In this document: positions 1 through 8,012 of the stretch, piece after piece
Layout: the number at the start of each line of letters is the position of its first letter
Numbering within the stretch: position 1 is the first letter of the stretch
DNA from: Nitrospira japonica
GTDB lineage: Bacteria; Nitrospirota; Thermodesulfovibrionia; Thermodesulfovibrionales; SM23-35
Length of the DNA: 19,546 nucleotides
Direction: 5' to 3'
Assembly (NCBI GenBank): GCA_020725385.1
Contig: DYFC01000045.1
Location: forward strand, 1-19,546
Notes under the pieces: generated by a model
What the model saw: the letters and a program-made list of their open reading frames with translations, nothing else
The model's database searches: none
Told to the model about the DNA's origin: nothing
Translations under genes and position numbers: made by a program

Positions 1-80
1 CGAAGGCGGGATTTGAACCCGCACGGGTTACCCCACACGCCCCTCAAACGTGCGTGTCTACCAGGTTCCACCACTTCGGC
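1..80 (-). tRNA. tRNA-Leu(GAG), last few 3' bases cut off by the window edge
   Basis: Reverse complement reads GCCGAAGTGGTGGAACCTGGTAGACACGCACGTTTGAGGGGCGTGTGGGGTAACCCGTGCGGGTTCAAATCCCGCCTTCG. Anticodon stem CACGT/GCGTG with loop TTGAGGG (anticodon GAG), long variable arm GGG-TAA-CCC, T-loop GTTCAAATC. Confidence 0.96.
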
Positions 81-90
81 ATAGATTATA

Positions 91-120
91 ATAATACTAT
101 AAAAGGTCTTTAGTCTTCAA
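91..120 (-). promoter_or_regulatory. Possible sigma70 promoter for tRNA-Leu
   Basis: Minus strand TTGAAG (120-115), 18 nt spacer, TATTAT (96-91), about 10 nt upstream of the tRNA 5' end. The AT-rich context weakens this. Confidence 0.3.
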
Positions 121-140
121 CAAATGAATTGACAACTTTT

Positions 141-812
141 TTATTCAAGAAATTTCTGATTTATAGTTATGTTCTTAATATTTTTCTTGTATCCTTCTAT
201 AAAAGACTTAACTGCTTTAGCTTTAATATCTCTTGATAAAACTTGATTTATCATATCGGCTGATTTCTCATCTCCCGAGCTCCCGGGTAAATTTATAGTA
301 AGTGCATTTACATCCGCAGAGGATTCAATAAGTCTTCTCATTTTCTCAACAATTAATTCCTGTCTTTTCATATTTTCAAAGTATTCCGGAGTTATTCTAT
401 TAAGCATTAATCTATTAACATATACATCATGGTCAAATACTCCGTTTTTCTGAAAAGCAGGCTCTTTGGCTATTGAATCCTGAAGTTCTTCATCGCTTAC
501 TACTATTCCGGCATCTTTTGCGGCAATAAGAAGTACTTTGTCATCAACCATAGATTCAAGAACTTTTCTCTTGAGTTCTTTTTGCATATCTTCTGTGAAT
601 TTGTCTTTATATATTTCCCTGTAAAAACGGACTGTTCTTTCATATGCGCTAATATAGTCATCTGCAAGAATTTTATAAGGACCAACTTCTGCTGCCTTTT
701 CTATCATTCCGGTTTTATCAACTGTGCCAACTCCCCAGAAGACAAAAGTAATTATAACAATAAAAAACAATACATAGAAATATTTTGCATGTTTACGCAT
801 AACTTTGAGCAT
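141..812 (-). CDS. SurA N-terminal domain / PpiD-like membrane-anchored periplasmic chaperone without a PPIase domain
   Basis: N-terminal MLKVMRK plus TM (YFYVLFFIVIITFVFWGVG), and the motifs 'VLESMVDDKVLLIAAKDAGIVVSDEEL' and 'FQKNGVFDHDVY' typical of the PpiD/SurA_N region. GGAGG SD upstream. Confidence 0.85.
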   Translation of the reverse strand: MLKVMRKHAKYFYVLFFIVIITFVFWGVGTVDKTGMIEKAAEVGPYKILADDYISAYERTVRFYREIYKDKFTEDMQKELKRKVLESMVDDKVLLIAAKDAGIVVSDEELQDSIAKEPAFQKNGVFDHDVYVNRLMLNRITPEYFENMKRQELIVEKMRRLIESSADVNALTINLPGSSGDEKSADMINQVLSRDIKAKAVKSFIEGYKKNIKNITINQKFLE

Positions 813-816
813 CTAT

Positions 817-1230
817 CTAATACCTCCGTTGAAAATAATCTTCTAATATATTTCTGTGATCAAAAGCAATTTTTTCAGGCAAATTTAATTTATTAAAAAT
901 CTTTGCATTTTCTGCATCATCTCCTGCGGACGGCACCCCGGATGCCTTCGCAATAAAAACTGTTGATATTGTATGGAATCTCGGGTCTCTTGAGGGATCC
1001 GAATAAGTATGAAATTGCCTTATAAGGCGGACATCAAGTCCTGTTTCTTCTTTTGCCTCTCTAATAGCTGCGGTTTCAAGACTTTCTCCATAATCAACAA
1101 ATCCACCAGGCAATGCCCATCCATCCGGAGGATTTTTTCTTTTAATAAGCACAATACCGTTATCTATTTCAATTATAATATCAACCGTAGGCAGGGGATT
1201 CTTTTTGTTATCTCTGGTTTTCAAATTCAA
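817..1230 (-). CDS. Nudix hydrolase (ADP-ribose pyrophosphatase-like)
   Basis: Complete Nudix box [24 protein letters not shown], plus 'RDPRFHTIS' and 'AGDDA'. The TTG start overlaps the hfq end, so the exact start is uncertain. Confidence 0.92.
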   Translation of the reverse strand: MNLKTRDNKKNPLPTVDIIIEIDNGIVLIKRKNPPDGWALPGGFVDYGESLETAAIREAKEETGLDVRLIRQFHTYSDPSRDPRFHTISTVFIAKASGVPSAGDDAENAKIFNKLNLPEKIAFDHRNILEDYFQRRY

Positions 1231-1447
1231 GTTCTATATCTTTTTCAGGTACAATAGTTGAAACTGCATGTTTATATATTAAAGCCTGTGTGCTTTCCCT
1301 TAAAAGAATTACAAAGTTATCAAATCCCTTAATCATGCCTTTTAATCTCACCCCGTTAGTTAAATAGATAACGACCGGTATTTTTTCCTTTCTGAGCTGG
1401 TTCAGATAAGTGTCCTGCAAGTTTAATCCTTTGCTGGGAGTGCTCAT
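1208..1447 (-). CDS. hfq: RNA chaperone Hfq
   Basis: [29 protein letters not shown]...FDNFVILL...[10 protein letters not shown] (Sm1/Sm2 motifs). Directly downstream of miaA, with an AAGGAG SD. Confidence 0.98.
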   Translation of the reverse strand: MSTPSKGLNLQDTYLNQLRKEKIPVVIYLTNGVRLKGMIKGFDNFVILLRESTQALIYKHAVSTIVPEKDIELEFENQR

Positions 1448-1525
1448 AATGTGTCTCCTTAAATTTTTTATTTAAAATAAATGATTTCGTATAAATATTG
1501 CAAGTTTTGAATTCTTTTAATTACA

Positions 1526-2488
1526 TTACAACCTTTTTTTAATAGTATTAAGTACAGTATCTGAAATCAATTTAACATCACTTATGTTCGTTATATCTAT
1601 CCATGAAATGTCCGCTTCTTTCTTGAACCATGTAAACTGTCTTTTAGCATATCTTTTGGTATTTCTTTTGATTAATCTTATAGCCTCATCAAAAGAGATT
1701 TTTTTATTGAGATACATTATTACCTCTTTATATCCCAATGCCTGTAACGAAGGACATGGAGGCAATGGTTTATCAAAAGAGCTGGAGGAGGAATATATAG
1801 ATTTTTCGATTAGGGAAATTACTCTTTTTACTTCTTCAACAAGTCCTGAAACAATCATATTATCTACACGTTTTTCAATGAGTTGGTAAAGTTCTTTCCT
1901 TTCTCTTGTCAGTCCTATTTTAATAAACTCATACGGTAATGGATTTGTCATGCTTTTTTGAATTTCCGACATTTTAGTATTGCTTTTTAGAAAAACTTCA
2001 ATTGCCCGAATAATTCTCCTTATATCATTTTGAGTGATTTTTGCTGCTGCTTCAGGATCTAAATTTTTAAGATAATTGTATAAAAATCCGTTTTGTTTTT
2101 TTTCCATCTCAATAAGTGACTCTCTAATTGTCCAATCAGCGGAAGGTCCGGAGAATATGCCCCGTGTCATTGCTTTTATATAAAGGCCGGTTCCTCCAAC
2201 GATAATAGGTATTTTATTTTCAATATGCAGATTTTCAATTATCGGTACAACGGTTTTTATATATTTCCCCGTGCTGAAAGTCTCCCATGGATTAACAATA
2301 TCTATCATATGGTGTTTTATTTCAGATAATTGATTCTTGTCAGGTTTTGCTGTCCCAATATCCATGAACCTGTATATCTGCATTGAATCAGCGCTAATTA
2401 TTTCTGTATTTAGTGTTTTTGCGATTGATATTGAGACTTCTGTTTTACCAACGCAAGTAGGTCCAAGCAGGATAATAACTTTATTCAT
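1526..2488 (-). CDS. miaA: tRNA dimethylallyltransferase
   Basis: GPTCVGKT P-loop, DSMQIY, GTAKP, VGGTGLY, YAKRQFTWF. Lies between mutL and hfq. Confidence 0.98.
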   Translation of the reverse strand: MNKVIILLGPTCVGKTEVSISIAKTLNTEIISADSMQIYRFMDIGTAKPDKNQLSEIKHHMIDIVNPWETFSTGKYIKTVVPIIENLHIENKIPIIVGGTGLYIKAMTRGIFSGPSADWTIRESLIEMEKKQNGFLYNYLKNLDPEAAAKITQNDIRRIIRAIEVFLKSNTKMSEIQKSMTNPLPYEFIKIGLTRERKELYQLIEKRVDNMIVSGLVEEVKRVISLIEKSIYSSSSSFDKPLPPCPSLQALGYKEVIMYLNKKISFDEAIRLIKRNTKRYAKRQFTWFKKEADISWIDITNISDVKLISDTVLNTIKKRL

Positions 2489-4161
2489 TTTCTTTTAAAA
2501 AGCTTTTTTAAGTCATCAAGAGAATAAAATATCCTTGTAGGCCTTCCATGAGGGCACTGGTCCGGGAATTCGGTTTTTTCAAGCTCTCTAATTAATTGAG
2601 AAACCTGTTCCTGATTTAGTATTTTTCTTCCTCTTACCGAACTATGACATGCAATTCTTGCAGCAATCTCCTCTTTTAAAGATTTATCGGCAGCAGTTCC
2701 TTCAATCAGACATGCTGCTGTATCAGAAAGAATACCTCTTAAATCAGATTCTTCTAATTCTTCGGGTAAAGAACGAACAATTACTGTATCATGACCGAAA
2801 TCTTCAATATCCATGCCAAAATCTCTTAATATATCAATGTTATTAGTTATAACCCGATATTCTTTATGAGAGAGCGTTATCTGTCTGGGGAAGAGTAGTT
2901 GATAAGAATTTAAGTTTATCTTTTTAAGGAACTTTTCATAAAGGATTCTTTCATGCGCAGCATGATGATCTATCAGAGTAAGACCGCCTTTGCCTGATAC
3001 AGCAATGAAAGTATCTCCAAGAAAAATAAAAGGCAAGGAAGGAAAATAAGGAATACAGGCAGGTTCGGAAATTATTTCTGATGGTTTTGCGACTGTTCCG
3101 GAAAATGAAACATCTTGTTCTTTGATAGATAATTGTCCTTCAGGCAGTTCGGTAAATTGTTCTGAATGTTCAATCCTTTCTCTTCTAACAGCCTCTCTTA
3201 TGCTATTAAGGATAAACCTGTAAATGATTTCTTTATTCTCAAACCTTACCTCACGTTTAGCAGGATGAACATTAAAATCAACCTTTGAGGGTTCTATATC
3301 AAGAAAAACAAAAAAAACAGGATGCTTATCATGAGGCAATATCCCTTCGTAAGCTCTATAAATGGCAGAAGATATAGAAATATCTTTAACAGGTCTTTTA
3401 TTTATGAATATATATTGATGTGATTTTGAGTTTCTAAAGGAATTGCTTTTTGAGACAAAAGAAGTCATTTTTAAGCCATGTTCACCTGTTTGTACTTCTA
3501 ATAAATCACTTAAAAATTCATTCCCGTATATCTGCATGATTCTTTCCTTAAAACTTGAGGACACAGGCAAAATTATTGTATCTTTCCCATCAACATTCAA
3601 ATTAAAAATAATATCAGGATGCGATAAAGCTTCTTTTGTCAGGATGTCAATTATATGAAATAATTCCGTGCTATTTGATTTAAGAAATTTTTTTCTTGCA
3701 GGCATATTATAAAACAGATCCCTTACCTCAATTGTTGTTCCAATCGCTGGTGAATCTTTCATGTCTTTAATTGTTCCGTCCCTAATTTCAAGTGAAATTC
3801 CTATAGGATTATCTTTAACACCGGTAATAAGTTTTACCTTTGAAACAGAAGCAATTGAAGGTAAAGCCTCGCCTCTAAACCCCATTGTTAATATATTAAA
3901 TAAATCATGCTCAGAGGAAATTTTGCTTGTTGCGTGTCTTTCAAAGCATAATAAAGCATCATCTTTATCCATACCCTTTCCATTGTCAGAAACTCTGATA
4001 AGGCGCTTGCCTGCATATAAAATATCAATTCTTATTTCTGTACTTTCGGCATCTATTGAATTTTCTAAAAGTTCCTTAACAACAGAAGCAGGTCTCTCGA
4101 TAACTTCACCTGCTGCAATTTTATTTCTTAAATCAGGCGGTAGAATTTTAATTTGTGGCAT
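2485..4161 (-). CDS. mutL: DNA mismatch repair endonuclease MutL (likely start ATG 4161 rather than 4188)
   Basis: IAAGEVIERPASVVKELLENSIDA, GFRGEAL, DFNVHPAKREVRF. C-terminal DHHAAHERILYE, QLLFP clamp motif, ACH and CPHGRP. MPQIKIL matches the usual MutL N-terminus. Confidence 0.97.
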   Translation of the reverse strand: MPQIKILPPDLRNKIAAGEVIERPASVVKELLENSIDAESTEIRIDILYAGKRLIRVSDNGKGMDKDDALLCFERHATSKISSEHDLFNILTMGFRGEALPSIASVSKVKLITGVKDNPIGISLEIRDGTIKDMKDSPAIGTTIEVRDLFYNMPARKKFLKSNSTELFHIIDILTKEALSHPDIIFNLNVDGKDTIILPVSSSFKERIMQIYGNEFLSDLLEVQTGEHGLKMTSFVSKSNSFRNSKSHQYIFINKRPVKDISISSAIYRAYEGILPHDKHPVFFVFLDIEPSKVDFNVHPAKREVRFENKEIIYRFILNSIREAVRRERIEHSEQFTELPEGQLSIKEQDVSFSGTVAKPSEIISEPACIPYFPSLPFIFLGDTFIAVSGKGGLTLIDHHAAHERILYEKFLKKINLNSYQLLFPRQITLSHKEYRVITNNIDILRDFGMDIEDFGHDTVIVRSLPEELEESDLRGILSDTAACLIEGTAADKSLKEEIAARIACHSSVRGRKILNQEQVSQLIRELEKTEFPDQCPHGRPTRIFYSLDDLKKLFKRK

Positions 4162-4310
4162 AGAACATTTTAACTTAAAAGTTTCCAAACTTTCAGCTTT
4201 GAAATATTTAAGAATGTAAAAAAATCTCCTTAAACGTGATAAAATTACTTTCTATCTGAAAATGTTTATTTTTATGTATAATTTAGACAGATTCAATTAT
4301 GGAGGTAATT

Positions 4311-5567
4311 ATGGATATAAAATCATTTGTTCACAAAAAGGCATTAGAGGCTAAGGAAGGGGCAAAAGTTCTTGCGAAAGCATCTTCTAAACAGAAGAAT
4401 TCTGTCTTGATTTCTATGGCAGATGCTTTACTAAAAAGAGCAAAAGAGCTTATTGCTGAAAATAAGAAAGATATTAAGTTTGCACAAGATAAAGGTCTTT
4501 CAAAAGCTTTAATTGACAGACTTACACTGACTGATAAAAGAATAAATGAAATGGCTCAGGGGCTTAAGGAAGTTGCCGCACTACCAGACCCTGTCGGTGA
4601 AATAGTAAAAATGTGGCAAAGACCCAATGGTATGACTGTAGGTAAAATGAGAGTTCCTATAGGAGTAATTGGTATTATCTATGAATCCAGACCTAATGTC
4701 ACTGCAGATGCTGCAAGTCTTTGCATGAAAGCAGGGAATTCAGTTCTTCTTAGAGGAGGCTCTGAAGCAATTAATTCAAACAGAGCGATTGTTAAAGTTC
4801 TACGAGATGTTGCAAAAAAAGAAGGACTGCATGAAGGTGTTATTACATTCATTGATATACCTGACAGAGATGCTGTTATGGAAATGCTTAAACTTGAGGG
4901 AATTGTGGATTTGATAATTCCAAGAGGAGGAGAAGCTTTAATAAGAGCGGTAACCGAGAATTCAAGAATTCCAGTGCTTAAACATTATAAGGGTGTGTGC
5001 CATGTGTTTGTTGACAGGGATGCTGACCTTAAAATGGCAGAAGAAATATGTTTTAACGCAAAGGTCCAAAGACCCGGAACATGTAATGCTATGGAGACAA
5101 TGCTGGTAGATAAAAAAATAGCTAAAATATTTTTACCGGTTATGGTTAAAAGATTTAAGGATGCCGGAGTCTTAATAAAAGGTTGCAATCTCTCGAAAAA
5201 AATAGTTCCTTCGATCGAAAAAGTTGAGGATGAAGATTTCTATAAAGAATATCTTGACCTTATTCTTAATGTAAAGATTGTTGATGGAATTGAAGATGCA
5301 ATGGAACATATTGCGCGCTATAGCTCTGCACATTCGGATGCGATTGTCACAAATGATTATGCAAAGGCAATGAGATTTTTAAAGGAAGTTGATTCATCCG
5401 CTGTTTTTGTCAATGCTTCTACAAGGTTAAACGATGGCTTTCAATTTGGTCTCGGCGCTGAAATTGGTATATCTACCGATAAAATACACGCAAGGGGACC
5501 TATGGGTCTTGAGGAATTGACATGTACAAAATTCATTGTTTTCGGGAACGGGCAATTAAGAGAATAA
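4311..5567 (+). CDS. proA: Gamma-glutamyl phosphate reductase (likely start ATG 4311)
   Basis: VPIGVIGIIYESRPNVT, IPRGG, GTCNAMET, HSDAIVT, VNASTRLNDGFQFGLGAEIGISTDKIHARGPMGL. GGAGG at 4301-4305 precedes ATG 4311. Confidence 0.98.
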   Translation: MDIKSFVHKKALEAKEGAKVLAKASSKQKNSVLISMADALLKRAKELIAENKKDIKFAQDKGLSKALIDRLTLTDKRINEMAQGLKEVAALPDPVGEIVKMWQRPNGMTVGKMRVPIGVIGIIYESRPNVTADAASLCMKAGNSVLLRGGSEAINSNRAIVKVLRDVAKKEGLHEGVITFIDIPDRDAVMEMLKLEGIVDLIIPRGGEALIRAVTENSRIPVLKHYKGVCHVFVDRDADLKMAEEICFNAKVQRPGTCNAMETMLVDKKIAKIFLPVMVKRFKDAGVLIKGCNLSKKIVPSIEKVEDEDFYKEYLDLILNVKIVDGIEDAMEHIARYSSAHSDAIVTNDYAKAMRFLKEVDSSAVFVNASTRLNDGFQFGLGAEIGISTDKIHARGPMGLEELTCTKFIVFGNGQLRE

Positions 5568-5604
5568 AAAAACAATAATAGAAGAAATATCTTATAAGGA
5601 GTCC

Positions 5605-6258
5605 ATGAAAGTCGGCATTTTTGGCGGAACTTTTAATCCTATACATTATGGCCATTTAAGAGCTGCAGAAGAGGTCAGGGAATTTCTTGGATTTGATAGA
5701 ATATTATTTGTTCCATCCAAGAAGCCACCTTTAAAATCAAAAGATATCGCTGATCCAAAACACCGCTTTGAGATGGTCAGGCTCGCTATCTCAAACAATT
5801 CTTTTTTCCAGCTTTCAGACATTGAATATAAAATTCCGGGCAAGTCCTATACTGTAAGGACTATCAATGCTCTTAAAAAACAATATCCGGCAACTGAATT
5901 TTATTTTATGCTCGGGACCGATGCTTTTCTTGATATTCCAAACTGGTGGCATCCTGAAGAACTTATCAATCTAACCGATTTTGTAATTCTTCTTAGACCC
6001 GGATTTAGTATCTCCTATCTGAAAAACTCTCCTTTTTTAGACACAAACCTGAAAAAAATTAAAGATTTCGAAAAATCATCCGAAAGACATCTTGAAATCA
6101 GATTAAAGAACGGAAGACAAGCTATTATTCTTAAAATTACGGCCTTTCAAATATCTTCTACCGAAATAAGAAGCCTTATAAAGTTAAACAAAAGCATAAA
6201 ATATCTATTGCCTCAAGATGTGCAATCCTATATAATTAGTAATAAGCTTTATATGTGA
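5605..6258 (+). CDS. nadD: Nicotinate-nucleotide adenylyltransferase
   Basis: GIFGGTFNPIHYGHL, SYTVRT, LGTDAF, ISSTEIR. AAGGAG SD and proA-nadD synteny. Confidence 0.97.
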   Translation: MKVGIFGGTFNPIHYGHLRAAEEVREFLGFDRILFVPSKKPPLKSKDIADPKHRFEMVRLAISNNSFFQLSDIEYKIPGKSYTVRTINALKKQYPATEFYFMLGTDAFLDIPNWWHPEELINLTDFVILLRPGFSISYLKNSPFLDTNLKKIKDFEKSSERHLEIRLKNGRQAIILKITAFQISSTEIRSLIKLNKSIKYLLPQDVQSYIISNKLYM

Positions 6259-6319
6259 GAATTCAAGATAATTTTGAGAAATCTATTTTTTATTTTATAA
6301 AAGAAGGGAGGGAAGGACT

Positions 6320-6670
6320 TTAGAAAGCAAAGATAAGGTTTTAATAGCTGCGAAAGCAGCATCCGAGAAAAAAGCAAAAGATGTTCAAATCCTCGATTTA
6401 CAAAACCTGACCACAATTACAGATTATTTTTTAATCTGTTCAGGAGATAGCATCACTCAGGTTAAAGCAATTCAGGAGCAAATAGAAGAAAAACTAAAAG
6501 AATCAGGGATAAGACCGCAAGGTATTGAAGGATTGAGATATGCTCACTGGGTGCTTATGGACTATGGAGATGTTATAGTACATATTTTTGAGGAAGAAAC
6601 AAGATCTTTTTATGAACTTGAAAAGCTCTGGATTGACGCAAAAAAAAATACTATTGGAGTAAAAGAATAA
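6320..6670 (+). CDS. rsfS: Ribosome silencing factor RsfS (Iojap); absent from the ORF track; start appears non-canonical (TTA 6320)
   Basis: Manual translation gives LESKDKVLIAAKAASEKKAKDVQILDLQNLTTITDYFLICSGDSITQVKAIQEQIEEKLKESGIRPQGIEGLRYAHWVLMDYGDVIVHIFEEETRSFYELEKLWIDAKKNTIGVKE*. It carries the Iojap motifs DYFLICSG, WVLMDYGDVIVHIF and R.FY.LEKLW, and follows nadD. Confidence 0.95.
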   Translation, partial: LESKDKVLIAAKAASEKKAKDVQILDLQNLTTITDYFLICSGDSITQVKAIQEQIEEKLKESGIRPQGIEGLRYAHWVLMDYGDVIVHIFEEETRSFYELEKLWIDAKKNTIGVKE

Positions 6671-6674
6671 ATCC

Positions 6675-8012
6675 ATGAGTAAATTTGGGGTTTTTTTATT
6701 TATCCTGTTTCTGGCAATTCTTGCTCTCTTTGCGATTTATAATCAGAACATAACAATTGTCAAAATCCCTTTTGGCAGTTCTTATGAAACCCCTACTATT
6801 GCGCTTATACTCATGTCAGTTGCAGCGGGTTCATTTGCAATGCTTCTGATTTTTATTATAAGGGACACGAAAAAGTTCGTAGATACATATCAATATCAAA
6901 AAAGACATAAAAGAGATATAAAGATACAGGAATTATACTCAAAGGCTTTGAATTATAATCTTGCACATCATAATAGAACTGAAGCAAAATCATTACTGAA
7001 AGAAATATTGAATGAAAACCCGGAACACTTGAATGCTTTATTACAGCTCGGCAATATTTCAATAACTGAAGAAGATTTTAATCTTGCAAAGGAATATTTC
7101 CAGAGAGCAAAAGAGATAAGTCCAAATAATCTGGATGTACTGTTTTCTTTGGTTCAATTAATGGAAAGAACAGGAAGATTAACCGATTCTATCAGGTATC
7201 TGGATGAAATACTTGATATAGATAGTGAAAATCTCGAGGCTCTCTACAAGAAAAGGGAATTTCTCGAGAGGCTTGAGAGGTGGGATGAGATTGTCCCGGT
7301 TCAAAAGTTGATTCTTAAAAATGAGAATGACCCGAAACTTAAAGCAAGAGAGAGATTAAATCTTGTTGGATATAAATACGAGCAGGGTAGAAATAATCTC
7401 GAGAATAATGAACTTGAAAAAGCCCAGAAGGTCTTCAGGACTGTTTTAAGACTTGAAAGGAATTTTATCCCTGCTACTCTTGGACTTGCTGAAACCCTTC
7501 ATATGAAAGGAAATTCCATTGATGCAGTGAATCTTCTTGAAAAAACATATGAGCAAACCTCTTCAATGATTATACTTTTAAGACTTGAAGATCTTTTAAT
7601 AAGTATCGGTGAACCTTTGAAGTTAATCAGAATATATAAGAACAATATATCAAAGAGTCCGGGTGAAATCGCATATAAATTTCTTCTTGCGAGACTTTAT
7701 TACAGACTTGAAATGATTGATGATGCATTTGATGTAATAACATCTGTAGATATGTCCGGGATTTCAAATCCAGCTATATATCAACTTAGAGGGAATATTT
7801 ATCTGAAAAGAAACCAAATAGAAAAAGCTGTACATGAATTTAAACAGGCATTGGAATCTGATGAATGCGCTCTTGGTCTTCTATACATATGCCACGAATG
7901 CGGGAGCTCGTCATCTAATTGGGATGGCAGATGTTCGAATTGCAAAAGGTGGAATACTTATTACCTTAATCTTTTTACAAGGGAGTTGCCTGAAATTGGA
8001 AGAAAAGTATAA
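6675..8012 (+). CDS. LapB-like TPR protein with a LapA-like two-TM N-terminus and a C-terminal rubredoxin-type metal site
   Basis: Two N-terminal hydrophobic segments separated by NQNITIVKIPFG (LapA-like), several TPR-like helices (ENPEHLNALLQLGN, AKEISPNNLDVL), and C-terminal CHECG...WDGRCSNCKRWNT. Confidence 0.8.
   Translation: MSKFGVFLFILFLAILALFAIYNQNITIVKIPFGSSYETPTIALILMSVAAGSFAMLLIFIIRDTKKFVDTYQYQKRHKRDIKIQELYSKALNYNLAHHNRTEAKSLLKEILNENPEHLNALLQLGNISITEEDFNLAKEYFQRAKEISPNNLDVLFSLVQLMERTGRLTDSIRYLDEILDIDSENLEALYKKREFLERLERWDEIVPVQKLILKNENDPKLKARERLNLVGYKYEQGRNNLENNELEKAQKVFRTVLRLERNFIPATLGLAETLHMKGNSIDAVNLLEKTYEQTSSMIILLRLEDLLISIGEPLKLIRIYKNNISKSPGEIAYKFLLARLYYRLEMIDDAFDVITSVDMSGISNPAIYQLRGNIYLKRNQIEKAVHEFKQALESDECALGLLYICHECGSSSSNWDGRCSNCKRWNTYYLNLFTRELPEIGRKV

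Noticed and set aside
1-140. Integrated element at tRNA-Leu
   Set aside because: No integrase or duplicated tRNA 3' end was seen. The 3' flank is outside the window, so this cannot be assessed.
4189-4310. Missing proB upstream of proA as a sign of pathway loss
   Set aside because: proB and proA are often unlinked, and nothing can be concluded from one window.
6640-6648. A9 tract near the rsfS 3' end as a phase-variation or frameshift site
   Set aside because: The frame is intact, the tract lies after the conserved domain, and A-runs are common in this AT-rich DNA.
7834-7995. 54-aa N-terminal extension of LeuS in the ORF track
   Set aside because: It lies inside the LapB-like CDS. LeuS similarity begins at TTG 7996, which has its own SD.
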